Shown here piece by piece: positions 52,456-64,000 of a stretch of DNA of 64,000 nt (the stretch's first letter is position 1; each line of letters opens with the position of its first letter). A program made the position numbers and the translations under genes. Source of the stretch: Coraliomargarita sp. (GTDB taxonomy: Bacteria; Verrucomicrobiota; Verrucomicrobiia; Opitutales; Coraliomargaritaceae); NCBI GenBank assembly GCA_965216325.1, contig OZ244160.1, positions 1,504,001-1,568,000 on the forward strand. The letters are read 5' to 3'. The notes under the pieces are model-generated. The model saw only the letters and a program-made list of their open reading frames with translations, was not told where the DNA came from and did not search any database.

Positions 52456-54333
52456 ATGCATACACAACTGCAGCCAACCTTACGAATTCTTGCGAGCCTG
52501 CCGCTCCTCACACTTGCATCCGCAGTTTCCCATGCGGATGAAGCAGCTGTCGAAGAGACCGTCGAACTACCGACGCTCTACATCCAGGGGCAAGAAACCG
52601 CGAACAAACGCCCAGTGACGACTTACGCCACTCCGGTCTCCAATCTGGAATTTAATCCACGCGTCGACTTTCAATCACGCAATATGGCTGAAGCTCAGGG
52701 CGACGTCACCATTCGCGGTGGCATCTTTGAAAACACCGGCTTCCGTCTGGGGAGTGCGACGCTGGTCGACCCACAGACCGGCCACTACTTTGCGGAAATT
52801 CCGGTCGCGCCGGAAATGCTCACCGAACCGGACGTGCTGGTTGCAGGCGACAATGCACTGTATGGCTTCAACAGCACCGTTGGCACCATCAGCTACGGCT
52901 GGACCCAAATCCAAAATGGCGGCAGCGCCACCATCGGCGGCGGCGATCACGACCTCAACTTCCAGCGCATTCACCACGGCCAAACCGGCCAGCTCGGCGA
53001 CAGCGCCGACTGGACCTGGGGTGCAGAGGCCGAATACTCCCGCTCCGAGAGCGACGGCACCATCAAGAATGGCGATCACGACTTCGAACGTGTGAGCGGG
53101 CGCGTGCAACTGGTTGGCCCAAGCTCGCAAACCGATCTCTTTGCAGGCTATCAGTCAAAATTCTTCGGCTGGCCCAACATGTATACTCCATTCGGCTTCA
53201 ATGAGACCGAAAACCTGAAGACCAGCCTCTTCCTGCTGAATCACAAGCAGTCCTACAACGAACGCAGCTACATCGAGGCGACCGCCTACTACCGCGAACA
53301 CAAGGACCACTACGTGTTCTCCCGGGAAAACCCCGGCATCTTCCAAGCGAAGCACACAACCGACGTCACTGCATTGGGCATTTCAGGTCTACATGCCTTC
53401 GACGCTCAGTGGGGACTCCACTACGCGGGCCAAATCACCGCCGACGAAATTGAATCGACGTCATTGGAACGCGGCGACTTCCAATCCCGCACCTACAGCA
53501 AGCTCAGTCTGCTTCCGGAGTATCGCATGGAGCTAAATGCCAACGAGACGCTGACCTTCCGCGCCGGCGCCAGCTTCGACGACACCAACCGTGACGACTC
53601 CGAGCTCTCGGCAATTGGTGACATCACCTGGACACGTATCAATAACGATGGCAGTTCCGACAGCGTGTATCTCTCCTACTCGGAGGCGAGCCAAGTGGCA
53701 GGCTACACCGCAATCGGCGGCAGTGACAGTGGCGGCCTGTTCCGCAGCAACTACGACCTCGACCGCGAAACCAGCCAAAACCTTGAACTTGGAGGTGCCC
53801 TCAAGCGTGCCGACTGGAGCCTCGAAGGCGCCATTTTCTATCGCTGGGACGACGACCTAGTGGACTGGACCTACTCTGCAGCCAGCCCAACAGCACGATC
53901 CGCCAACCCCGTCGACATCGACACCTTCGGCATCGAGCTGATCGGCACCAAGCGCTGGAACACAATCGAAGCCATCGCGAGCTATACCTTCCTCGACAAA
54001 GACGAAGACTATGGCGATGACAGCATCGACGCCAGCTTCTACGCGCTCAATTATGCCAATCACCGCGTGACACTCGGTGCGATTTGGACACCAATCGACA
54101 TGATCCAAGTGCGCATCGACAATGAATGGCGCAGCCAAGAGGACAACGAGCTCCGCAGCAGCGATGACGAAGCTTTTTTCACCCACGCAAGCGTCAGCTT
54201 CTTTCCCCCGCAAGTTGAAGGCCTCGAGCTCTTTGTGGCGGTCGACAATGCCTGGGACGACGACTACGAAGAAGTACCCGGCACTCCTGGCCGCGGCGAC
54301 CAATACTCTGCAGGCGCAACGTATCGCTGGTAG
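52456..54333 (+). CDS. TonB-dependent receptor
   Basis: Signal peptide, DVTIRGG plug motif, C-terminal VDNAWDDDYEEVPG...ATYRW. Confidence 0.9.
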   Translation: MHTQLQPTLRILASLPLLTLASAVSHADEAAVEETVELPTLYIQGQETANKRPVTTYATPVSNLEFNPRVDFQSRNMAEAQGDVTIRGGIFENTGFRLGSATLVDPQTGHYFAEIPVAPEMLTEPDVLVAGDNALYGFNSTVGTISYGWTQIQNGGSATIGGGDHDLNFQRIHHGQTGQLGDSADWTWGAEAEYSRSESDGTIKNGDHDFERVSGRVQLVGPSSQTDLFAGYQSKFFGWPNMYTPFGFNETENLKTSLFLLNHKQSYNERSYIEATAYYREHKDHYVFSRENPGIFQAKHTTDVTALGISGLHAFDAQWGLHYAGQITADEIESTSLERGDFQSRTYSKLSLLPEYRMELNANETLTFRAGASFDDTNRDDSELSAIGDITWTRINNDGSSDSVYLSYSEASQVAGYTAIGGSDSGGLFRSNYDLDRETSQNLELGGALKRADWSLEGAIFYRWDDDLVDWTYSAASPTARSANPVDIDTFGIELIGTKRWNTIEAIASYTFLDKDEDYGDDSIDASFYALNYANHRVTLGAIWTPIDMIQVRIDNEWRSQEDNELRSSDDEAFFTHASVSFFPPQVEGLELFVAVDNAWDDDYEEVPGTPGRGDQYSAGATYRW

Positions 54334-54467
54334 AGAGAAAGAGAGAGGGCTGAGACTTGAGTTTGTTCCGAGGAGCGTAGCGACGACAAGACCGAGCGCG
54401 AAACGAATCGGGCCAACCTGAAGCCACCAATTCGTGACTCATAAATTCAGGTCTCAAGTTTCAGCCT

Positions 54468-55238
54468 TCATCCCTCTCGCATGTTCCATGCGACGCAGTC
54501 TTCGTAGTTCACCTTGTCCCCACCGAAGAGATCCAAAGCGCTGCCGATCGTCAGGTCAACCTTGCCGCCACTGAGATCCTGCACCACCTGTAAATCATCA
54601 AAGCCCTTTACGCCGCCAGCATACGTAACCGGGATCGGGCAATGCTCACCTAGAAAACGCACCAAGGCGGCATCGATCCCCTCACATTTGCCCTCGACAT
54701 CTGCGGCGTGGATGAGGAACTCGTCACAGGAGCTGCTCAATTGCTCGAGCGTTTCAGAAGTTACCGCAAGGTCCGTCGGCGTCTGCCAGCGATTCATCGC
54801 AACAACCCAGCCTTCATCGCCTTCACGGCAACTCAGATCGATCACCAGACGACCTTTCCCGACTTCAGCCACCAGCGCGTCGAGACGGTCCGGCCTGAAA
54901 TGCGCCGCCTCATCAAAGAGCCAAGAGGTGACAATCACGTGACTCGCACCCGCACGCAGCCAGTCCACCGCATTCTCAAGCCGAATACCTCCCCCGATTT
55001 GCAAGCCGTGTGGATACGAAGCCAAGGCCTGACGAGCCGCATCATCGTTATTGGGGCCCAGCTTAATCACATGCCCGCCTGTAATGCCATCCTGCCGATA
55101 GCGATCCGCAAAATAGCCCGCAGGCCGATCGCTTTCAAAATTAGTGCGCAGCTCGTCGCCCGAATCCGTTAGCGTGCCGCCAACGATTTGCTTCACTTTT
55201 CCATCATGCAGATCAATACAGGGGCGAAATTTAGTCAT
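54468..55238 (-). CDS. hisA: ProFAR isomerase, eukaryotic His6-like type
   Basis: FRPCIDLHDGKVKQIVGGTL, LQIGGG, HAADVEG, DLTIGSALDLFGG. Confidence 0.9.
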   Translation of the reverse strand: MTKFRPCIDLHDGKVKQIVGGTLTDSGDELRTNFESDRPAGYFADRYRQDGITGGHVIKLGPNNDDAARQALASYPHGLQIGGGIRLENAVDWLRAGASHVIVTSWLFDEAAHFRPDRLDALVAEVGKGRLVIDLSCREGDEGWVVAMNRWQTPTDLAVTSETLEQLSSSCDEFLIHAADVEGKCEGIDAALVRFLGEHCPIPVTYAGGVKGFDDLQVVQDLSGGKVDLTIGSALDLFGGDKVNYEDCVAWNMREG

Positions 55239-55587
55239 GCCGCAGTGTCTGGAAATTCCCGCTCAGCTGGCAATCTTGAAAATTAACCGACTCTCAGAGC
55301 AACAGACTTCAGGAAGGGGCGATCGCTAAAGTAGGCGCGCGCTTTCAGTCAAGCCCAGTCAAAAGCGGCATCTTGACACCACACGTAAACGGGCGTGCAC
55401 CCCTCGATGGACTCGGCCCCTTGAGCTTGTCGAAACGGCAAAGCTCGCCTGGGCGTTTGCTGAAGCTGCACGCCACAACAAGATCAAGTTACATTCAGGA
55501 AACTAGGGAATGAGCCTCAGGGAAAAAGCTTGAATCCTATGTTCCGCGAAATAAGGTACATACTCCAGCTTAGTCTCTTTTTACATT

Positions 55588-56487
55588 ATGAAAAATCTAC
55601 GTCTCCCATTTCTGATCTTGAGCCTGCTTGCATTCACTGCATCGGCAACACAAGCGGCCCAACTTGCGAGCGCTAAAGTGCTCTCAACAACCGGAACCGT
55701 CACCAAATATTTAGCAGATGGTAGCGAGGCCCCAGCCAACTCTGGCGACATTTTGAAACAAGGCGATAGCATCGTCACCACAGCACTGAGCACAGCCGAA
55801 CTCGTCTTTTCCAACGGCTCCACATTGACTGTGAAAGAGAACACCAGTCTGACCTTCAAACAACTCGAGCAAGCAGCCTTCGGTGGCAACAAGAGCTACG
55901 AGCAACTCGCAGGCGACCCAAGCAAGTCACAAACGCTGCTCGAACTCAATTACGGTGTGGTTGATGGCCACGTAAAGAGCCTCAAGTCCGGCTCCACGTT
56001 CGACATCGAAACCCCCCTCGGCACGGCTGCCATCCGCGGCACTAAGTTCAGCGTTGAAATACGCTACAACCCAGTCACTGGTGAGTTCCTGCTCTTCATC
56101 ACCAACAAGGACGGCAAGGTCGACGTCATTTCCCGCTATGCCGGCAAGGTTGAATTTGGTCGCGGCAGCGTAGGTGACAAGACCTACGATAGCAGCATCA
56201 CCAACGACACCAACGAACCGATCCCACCGGCACACAAGATCATCATTCGCATCAGCCCGAGCGATCCATACTACGATGACATCATCGACTACCTCAAGAA
56301 CTTGACTGTCGGCGACTTCGCCAAAGCAGCAAACCCAACTGGCGACACCCCAGGCGACATCCCCGGCGGCAATACCGGTGCAGGCAACTCCAACGGAGTC
56401 CACACCGACGGCCCTGGTGACGGTAAGCCAGGTGACGACTTCGGCATCATCGTTGTCAGCCCTGAGGGTCCAGACGAAGACTCCTAA
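55588..56487 (+). CDS. Secreted FecR-domain protein
   Basis: Signal peptide, LKQGDSIVT, IETPLGTAAIRGTKF; Gly/Pro-rich tail. Confidence 0.8.
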   Translation: MKNLRLPFLILSLLAFTASATQAAQLASAKVLSTTGTVTKYLADGSEAPANSGDILKQGDSIVTTALSTAELVFSNGSTLTVKENTSLTFKQLEQAAFGGNKSYEQLAGDPSKSQTLLELNYGVVDGHVKSLKSGSTFDIETPLGTAAIRGTKFSVEIRYNPVTGEFLLFITNKDGKVDVISRYAGKVEFGRGSVGDKTYDSSITNDTNEPIPPAHKIIIRISPSDPYYDDIIDYLKNLTVGDFAKAANPTGDTPGDIPGGNTGAGNSNGVHTDGPGDGKPGDDFGIIVVSPEGPDEDS

Positions 56488-56517
56488 ATCATAAGCTTCT
56501 AAACGAAACACTTTTCT

Positions 56518-56557
56518 AACCCCGGATTCGCACTCGTCGGATTCGGGGTTTTTCTTT
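56518..56557 (+). terminator. Rho-independent terminator
   Basis: AACCCCGGATTCG...CGGATTCGGGGTT stem followed by T-tract. Confidence 0.7.
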
Positions 56558-56568
56558 AGCCACACAGC

Positions 56569-57420
56569 ATGATCTATCTCGCTATTGTTTCGCTGATCTG
56601 GGCCTTCTCGTTCGGGCTGATCGGTAACACACTCCAAGGCATCGACTCGCTCTACATTGCGAGCATGCGGCTCGGCGTTGCGCTATTGATCTTTCTCCCC
56701 TTCCTGCGCCCCAAGCGGCTCAAGCAGCTCGACATGGGCAAACTGATCGGCTGCGGCGCGATCCAATTCGGCATGATGTATGTGTGCTACCTCTCGGCCT
56801 TTCGCTACATTCCCTCGCACCTCGTCGCCCTGTTCAGCATTCTAACCCCTGTCTACGTGGTGCTGATCCATGACCTAAAGCAGGCGAAGTGGACACCGCG
56901 TTATTTCATCGCAGCGCTCTTCTCCGTGCTGGGTGCGGCAGCCATCAAAGCAAAAGCCGGCGATAGCGGCGACCTCTGGATCGGCTTCGGACTCATGCAA
57001 CTGGCGGGCATCGCCTTCGCCTTTGGTCAAGTGACCTATCGCGACTGGAAGCGTGCACACAAATCCATCCACGACCGCGAAGTGTTTGCCCTACTCACTC
57101 TGGGCGGCGCCACGCTTGCCCTAGTCTTCTTTGGCTTCAGCGGCAACGAATGGCCCAAGCCTTCGATCTCACAATGGGGTGTCATCGCCTATCTCGGTAT
57201 CGTAGCCAGCGGGTTGGGCTTCTTTCTCTGGAATAAAGGCGCAGCGCTCACGAATCCGGGAACACTGGCCGCCTTCAATAATGTAGTCGTGCCCCTGGCA
57301 ATGTTCGCCTCTCTCTTTGTATTCGGCGAAGCAAAAGGAGCCAGCCCCGAAGAGCTGACCCGCCTAGTAATTGGTTCGGTCCTGATCGGCGCGGCACTGA
57401 TTGTCGGCCAACGGAAATAA
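56569..57420 (+). CDS. EamA/DMT family transporter (YigM-like)
   Basis: LIWAFSFGLIG start, about ten TM segments, YLGIVASGLGFFLWNKGA. Confidence 0.85.
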   Translation: MIYLAIVSLIWAFSFGLIGNTLQGIDSLYIASMRLGVALLIFLPFLRPKRLKQLDMGKLIGCGAIQFGMMYVCYLSAFRYIPSHLVALFSILTPVYVVLIHDLKQAKWTPRYFIAALFSVLGAAAIKAKAGDSGDLWIGFGLMQLAGIAFAFGQVTYRDWKRAHKSIHDREVFALLTLGGATLALVFFGFSGNEWPKPSISQWGVIAYLGIVASGLGFFLWNKGAALTNPGTLAAFNNVVVPLAMFASLFVFGEAKGASPEELTRLVIGSVLIGAALIVGQRK

Positions 57421-57421
57421 C

Positions 57422-57536
57422 GGAGGACGGACATTCCTGTCCGTCACAGAACTTGCCAGAGCAGGACAGGAATGTCCTGCCTCCTCACAATACACCCGTC
57501 AAAGCTTACAACGGGGGACGGACATTCTTGTCCGTC
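57422..57536. repeat. Three REP palindromes upstream of RAYT
   Basis: GGAG-GACGGACATTCCTGTCCGTC at 57422, inverted GCAGGACAGGAATGTCCTGC-CTCC at 57461, variant at 57514. Confidence 0.9.
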
Positions 57537-57638
57537 ACCTATATGAGAAACAAAGGTAATTCCAAGATAGCGAAAACATGCAGGACAAGTATAGCCTCCC
57601 TTCTTTACGCATTAGCATAACTTTGTTAGCCTATGTAA

Positions 57639-58235
57639 ATGAAATTCTTCAACCCACGCCTACTCGTGAAAATGCATGGTGGCAAATTACCACACTGGCA
57701 ACAAGAACACTGCCCACAATTCATTACCTTTCGTGAGCATGATTCGCTGCCACAAGCACTCCTAAGCCAGTGGCGAGAAGAGAAACAAATCTGGCTTAAA
57801 AAGCACCCGGAACCACACGATGAAACTACCCGCAATGCTTTCCATGCTAGATTCACTCAGTCGATTGAAGACGCACTCGATCAAGGGATGGGCACCTGCG
57901 TAATGCGCGATGGGAAGAATCGACAAAAGCTCGAAGTGGCTCTGATGCTGGCACAAAACGATCAAGTCGAGCAACTCTCATGGGTAATAATGCCGAACCA
58001 TGTCCACATACTCTGCATACCAAGACTACCTCTGCCCAATCTAATCAAAATCTGGAAAGGTGTCTCTGCGAGGAAAGTTGGCAGAGGCAAACTTTGGCAA
58101 GCCAACTACCGAGACACTCTCATTCGAAATGAAACACACTTCAAGCGAGTCGTGCACTACATTCGAAACAACCCCAGCAAGCTACCCACCTCACAGTATA
58201 CACTATGGGAGTCCGACATAGTTAAAAAGATATGA
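57639..58235 (+). CDS. REP-associated tyrosine transposase (RAYT/TnpA-REP, Y1 HUH)
   Basis: LPHW, FITFR, VIMPNHVHIL (HUH), WQANYRDTLIR, YIRNNP; flanked by REPs. Confidence 0.92.
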   Translation: MKFFNPRLLVKMHGGKLPHWQQEHCPQFITFREHDSLPQALLSQWREEKQIWLKKHPEPHDETTRNAFHARFTQSIEDALDQGMGTCVMRDGKNRQKLEVALMLAQNDQVEQLSWVIMPNHVHILCIPRLPLPNLIKIWKGVSARKVGRGKLWQANYRDTLIRNETHFKRVVHYIRNNPSKLPTSQYTLWESDIVKKI

Positions 58236-58262
58236 GGCTGTGTCCGGGTCCTGATCTGACGC

Positions 58263-58379
58263 GCAGGACAGGAATGTCCTGCCTCCTCACACTACACCCA
58301 CTGGCTTTAGCAAAGGAGGACGGACATTCTTGTCCGTCGCAAACCTTGCCGACGCGCAGGACAGGAATGTCCTGCCTCC
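58263..58379. repeat. Three REP palindromes downstream of RAYT
   Basis: Copies at 58263, 58315 (inverted) and 58356. Confidence 0.9.
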
Positions 58380-58381
58380 TT

Positions 58382-61120
58382 TTACAAGCTTTCCAGAATT
58401 CGCTTGGTTTCGTCGCGCTTCTCAGTCGTTTCGGCGAGCTGCTTGCGCGCGCCTTCAACCACCTTCTCGGGAGCACTTTCAACAAACTTCGGATTCTTGA
58501 GCTTGCCCTCGCCCGCAGCGACCAGCTTCTCGAGTTTAGCCAGCTCCTTGGTTAGACGTGCTTTCTCAGCTTCAACATCGATACTGCTGCTCAGATCGAG
58601 ATAGAGTGAACCGAGCGGAGTCACCACCGCCGGCAGACCATCTGCAGACTGACCGCCCAGTGCTTCAAGCTTACCGAGACCCGCGAGGGTTTTAATCAGA
58701 CCTGAGTTGTCAGTGATCACCTTCGCTTGCTCACCTTCGGCACCGAAGAAGACTTCGACGTCGCGCTTGCTTGCAAGATTGTATTGCGCCTTCAAAGCAC
58801 GCGCTTGCGAGATGAGCTCCTGCAAATTGATCACACGCTCAACCGCGCTCTTATCAACAGGCAATTGCTCGGCGAGCGTTGCTGCTTCAGTGAGCTTGGT
58901 GTTTTGAATAAACGGCGTATTCGCATCGTAACCGAGGCCCTGCCAGAGCTCTTCAGTTATGTGCGGCATGATTGGATTCGCGAGCTGGAGGACTTGACGG
59001 ATCACTAGGTCCTGGATCGCCAGACAGTTATCACGCAGGGCTTCGTCGCCCTTCAGCTTGCCCTTAGATGCTTCCACATACCAATCGCAGAAGTCACCCC
59101 AAAAGAACTCGTAAATCTTATGCGTGAGCGGTGCGATTTCGTAGTTCTTAAAGCACTTCTCCAAATCCGCAGTGAGGTCGATCAAGCGGCCAACAATCCA
59201 TTGGTCATAGTCATCGAACAGGCTGGCGTCGATTCGGCCAAGAATTGCATCAAGGCTCGAGTTGTCGGCCATCGGGCCCGACATCTGACGGAAGCGCGAT
59301 GCGTTCCACAGCTTGTTGCAGAAGTTACGGCCGATTTGAATGCGCTCCTCAGAAAACAGAATATCCGAGCCCGACGGCGCGATGTTGCAGATACCGAAAC
59401 GCAGACCATCGGCACCGAATTTCTCGATCAGATCAAGCGGATCCGGCGAGTTACCCAGAGACTTGGACATCTTGCGCCCCTTCTCGTCGCGAATCAGACC
59501 GTGAATGAAGATGTTCTTGAACGGAATGCGCTGCGCGATCTCTTCGTCGGTCAGCTCTTTCTTGTCCTCACCGTAGAGCTCCAAGCCCGCCATGATCATA
59601 CGAGCCACCCAGAAGAAGATGATGTCGAAACCGGTGACCAGCGTTGAAGTCGGATACCAGTAATCGAGCTCCTTCTGCTGGTCACCATCCGGCTGTGGCC
59701 AGCCAAGGTTCGCCATTGGCCAGAGGTAAGAGGATGCCCAGGTGTCGAGCACGTCTTCTTCCTGTTCCCAGTTTTCCGGATCAGATGGACCTTCAACGGA
59801 AACGTGCACGTGCTCTGGGTTCTTAAAGTCGAGCTCGTTGATCGGCATGCCCTTCTTATACCAGACAGGGATGCGGTGGCCCCACCAGAGCTGACGGCTG
59901 ATGCACCAGTCCTGAATACCGTTGAGCCAGTGCAGGTAAGTCTTCTTCCAGCGATCCGGGTGGAACTTGATAATCCCCTTCTCTACGGCGCGCTTTGCCT
60001 CCTCAACCTTCGGGTATTTGAGGAACCACTGCTCAGACAGACGCGGCTCGATGGGCACATCACCACGCTCCGAGAAACCGACGGTGTTTTCGTAGGGCTC
60101 GCGCTCAATCAAAAGCCCCATGTCTTCGAGCTTCTGTGCGGCAACCTTACGCGCCTTGAAGCGATCCATACCGTCAAACTCTTCGCCCGCGAGGTGGTTG
60201 AGCTTACCGTCGTGGTCGATCACCTCGATGATCTCGAGGCCGTGGCGTTGGCCGATCTCAAAGTCATTCTTATCGTGCGCCGGTGTGACCTTCAGGCAGC
60301 CAGTTCCGAACTCACGGTCCACATACTCGTCGCCGATGATTGGAATTTCAGCCTTCGGGAATGGACGCCAGACCTTCTTACCGATGAGGTGCTTGTAGCG
60401 CTCATCTTCTGGGTGAACCGCAACCGCGGAGTCGCCCATGAGTGTTTCCGGGCGTGTGGTGGAAATTTCGAGGTGGGTGCGCTCGCCGTCGGCTTCGACC
60501 AGCTCGTAACGCATCTTATAGAAGAAGCCGTTCTGTGGCTTCATGTTGACCTCTTCATCAGAGATCGCGGTATGCGTCGCAGGGCACCAGTTGACCATGC
60601 GCTGGCCACGGTAGATGTAGCCGCGTTTGTAGAATTCGACGAAGGCAGTCAGCACAGCCTTCGAGTAGTCTTCGTCGAGCGTGAAGCTGGTGCGATCCCA
60701 GTCGCAGGACGCGCCGAGCTTTTCAAGTTGGTTCAAAATCACACCACCGGACTGCTCGCGGAACTCCCAGACCTTCTCCAGGAAACCCTCGCGGCCGAGA
60801 TCATACTTGGTTTCGCCAGTCGCTTCGCGCAGTTGCTTTTCGACCTTGGTTTGCGTCGCGATACCCGCGTGATCGGTGCCTGGCTGCCAGAGCACGGACT
60901 TGCCTTCAAGGCGCGCACGCCGAATGAAGATGTCCTGCAGGGTGTTATCCAGCACGTGGCCCATGTGCAGCATGCCCGTCACATTCGGCGGCGGAATCAT
61001 GATCGCATAGGGTTCACGCTCGGAATCAGCGACAGCCTTGAAGCATCCAGCTTCAAGCCAGTTCTGATACCAGCGTTGTTCGACTTCTTTGGGTTCGTAG
61101 GCTTTTGCGATCTCGGACAT
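58382..61120 (-). CDS. valS: Valine--tRNA ligase
   Basis: PPPNVTGMLHMGH, GTDHAGIATQ, DWCISRQLWWGH, KMSKS, coiled-coil tail. Confidence 0.98.
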   Translation of the reverse strand: MSEIAKAYEPKEVEQRWYQNWLEAGCFKAVADSEREPYAIMIPPPNVTGMLHMGHVLDNTLQDIFIRRARLEGKSVLWQPGTDHAGIATQTKVEKQLREATGETKYDLGREGFLEKVWEFREQSGGVILNQLEKLGASCDWDRTSFTLDEDYSKAVLTAFVEFYKRGYIYRGQRMVNWCPATHTAISDEEVNMKPQNGFFYKMRYELVEADGERTHLEISTTRPETLMGDSAVAVHPEDERYKHLIGKKVWRPFPKAEIPIIGDEYVDREFGTGCLKVTPAHDKNDFEIGQRHGLEIIEVIDHDGKLNHLAGEEFDGMDRFKARKVAAQKLEDMGLLIEREPYENTVGFSERGDVPIEPRLSEQWFLKYPKVEEAKRAVEKGIIKFHPDRWKKTYLHWLNGIQDWCISRQLWWGHRIPVWYKKGMPINELDFKNPEHVHVSVEGPSDPENWEQEEDVLDTWASSYLWPMANLGWPQPDGDQQKELDYWYPTSTLVTGFDIIFFWVARMIMAGLELYGEDKKELTDEEIAQRIPFKNIFIHGLIRDEKGRKMSKSLGNSPDPLDLIEKFGADGLRFGICNIAPSGSDILFSEERIQIGRNFCNKLWNASRFRQMSGPMADNSSLDAILGRIDASLFDDYDQWIVGRLIDLTADLEKCFKNYEIAPLTHKIYEFFWGDFCDWYVEASKGKLKGDEALRDNCLAIQDLVIRQVLQLANPIMPHITEELWQGLGYDANTPFIQNTKLTEAATLAEQLPVDKSAVERVINLQELISQARALKAQYNLASKRDVEVFFGAEGEQAKVITDNSGLIKTLAGLGKLEALGGQSADGLPAVVTPLGSLYLDLSSSIDVEAEKARLTKELAKLEKLVAAGEGKLKNPKFVESAPEKVVEGARKQLAETTEKRDETKRILESL

Positions 61121-61335
61121 AGCGGAAAATTTGGAAAGTTGCTCAAACTGAGGGCAATGCCACAGCTTTCAAGCCCGAATCTACCTGCAAGTGCTTATGT
61201 GGAAGCGGCATCGTGCCGATGCAGAGCTTGTCGAACAGCCGCTTTATTTCACGATCTGATTGGAAGCGGCTGGAAGCCGCTTCTACTTTATTCTAGCCCT
61301 GTAATGTGACTGAGCAAAGTCCGATGATTTAGAAG

Positions 61336-62055
61336 ATGGACCCTTCAGCACAGCAAAAAGTAATCGTCATCGGCGGCATCAGCGGGGGCATCGGCTCCAT
61401 AATCGCGCAGCTCTGCAAGGAGAGCAGCTACACCGTCGTTGGATTTTCCCGCACCAGCAGCGAGGCAGTCGACGCAACCAACTCCAGCGCACTGGAGGAC
61501 TACATCGCTAAAATTCATGCCGAACAGGGCCGTATCGATGGGTATGTGCATGCGATCGGCTCGATTTTCCTCAAACCAGCGCACCTGACCCGCGACGAGG
61601 ATTGGATCCAAACCATCCAGACCAACTTGAGTTCTGCCTTCTACGCATTACGCGCCTGCACCAAACACATGCAAAAGCAAGGCTCCGGCAGCTGTCTCTT
61701 TTTTAGCACGACCGCGGCACAGATTGGCATCGCCAATCACGAAGCCATCGCCGCAGCAAAGGGCGGCATCGAAGCCATGGTCCGCTCCGCCGCCGCCACC
61801 TACGCCCCTCGCGGTTTGCGCATCAATGCGATTGCTCCGAGCCTTACAGATACTCCTCTCGCTCAACCACTCATTGGCAGCCCTCAAGGACTCGAAATCT
61901 CCAAGCGCATGCACCCGCTTGGAGACATCATGCATGCCGAACAAGTCGCCAGCCTTGCACACTGGCTCCTCAGCGATGCGGCTGCCAGCGTCACCGGACA
62001 AACCTTCGTCATGGATGGCGGCCTCTCCTCAATCGCGCCTAAGCCGCGCGCATAG
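61336..62055 (+). CDS. SDR family oxidoreductase
   Basis: GGISGGIG, NAIAPSLTDTPL, VTGQTFVMDGG. Confidence 0.88.
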   Translation: MDPSAQQKVIVIGGISGGIGSIIAQLCKESSYTVVGFSRTSSEAVDATNSSALEDYIAKIHAEQGRIDGYVHAIGSIFLKPAHLTRDEDWIQTIQTNLSSAFYALRACTKHMQKQGSGSCLFFSTTAAQIGIANHEAIAAAKGGIEAMVRSAAATYAPRGLRINAIAPSLTDTPLAQPLIGSPQGLEISKRMHPLGDIMHAEQVASLAHWLLSDAAASVTGQTFVMDGGLSSIAPKPRA

Positions 62056-62063
62056 ACAGACCA

Positions 62064-62735
<672 letters not shown>

Positions 62736-62755
62736 CAATGAGCTACCGCGCCTAG

Positions 62756-63158
62756 GTAGGGGCGCGACTTGACGCGCCCGTCAGAACAATCGCTCACCAA
62801 CACGATCCGCTAGGGGCACCAGCTACCAGACGCAAACGGGCGTGCGTTCCGAGCCGAAGGCGACAAGACCGGACGATTGCGGACCGGACCAACCCCGCGC
62901 CTACGTAGGGGCGCGACTTGACGCGCCCGTCAGAACAATCGCTCACCAACACGATCCGCTAGGGGCACCAGCTACCAGACGCATAAGGGCGTGCGTTCCG
63001 AGCCGAAGGCGACAAGACCGGACGATTGCGGACCGGACCAACCCCGCGCCTACGTAGGGGCGCGACTTGACGCGCCCGCCAGAGCAATTGCTCACCAACA
63101 CGATCCGCCAGAGCACCAGCTACCATACGCATAAGGGCGTGCACAAGGCCCGCCCCGA
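62756..63158. repeat. Tandem array of ~2.7 x 149-bp REPIN units
   Basis: GTAGGGGCGCGACTTGACGCGCCCG at 62756, 62905, 63054. Confidence 0.92.
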
Positions 63159-63268
63159 CAGTCCAAAACCTTGAATCAGCGATTCTACTAATAAGACAGA
63201 TGAATCACCCCCATCGGCAAATGGCCGCTATTGTCTTGTCATCAGGAGGATTTGTGCAAACTTCTCTG

Positions 63269-64000
<732 letters not shown>

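Noticed and set aside
59804..61309. 501-aa plus-strand ORF
   Set aside because: Antisense shadow of valS with no recognisable motif; the same applies to 63387..63986 opposite pdhA.

Overview
Bacterial chromosomal window. The gene set and sequence style suggest a Verrucomicrobia (Opitutales-like) organism, which is inference. Housekeeping and transport genes flank the window: a TonB receptor, a histidine kinase and coaB on the left, and a TonB receptor, hisA, valS and pdhA on the right. Between them lies a ~40 kb minus-strand surface-polysaccharide locus: GbsR-like regulator, wecA-like gene, two rmlB, rmlA, a 2,6-dideoxy/4-amino sugar module with MaoC and two CitE-like genes, wzx, wzy, glycosyltransferases, acetyltransferases and a sulfotransferase. 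The locus holds 11 toxin-antitoxin-like gene pairs. Eight of them form a co-oriented cassette array (34.8-44.8 kb) whose spacers are mosaics of shared repeat modules, with no integrase in the window. Other notable items: (1) an IS110/IS1111-type element inserted in a 292-bp REP tandem array, whose 3' non-coding end carries short matches to both halves of its own target; (2) a RAYT with its cognate REPs; (3) many in-frame REP or oligomer-repeat insertions in enzymes; (4) four-helix-bundle genes bracketed by inverted oligomer repeats; (5) a 96-bp four-hairpin insertion that breaks a HEPN gene. All family calls come from motif recognition by eye. No database searches were run.
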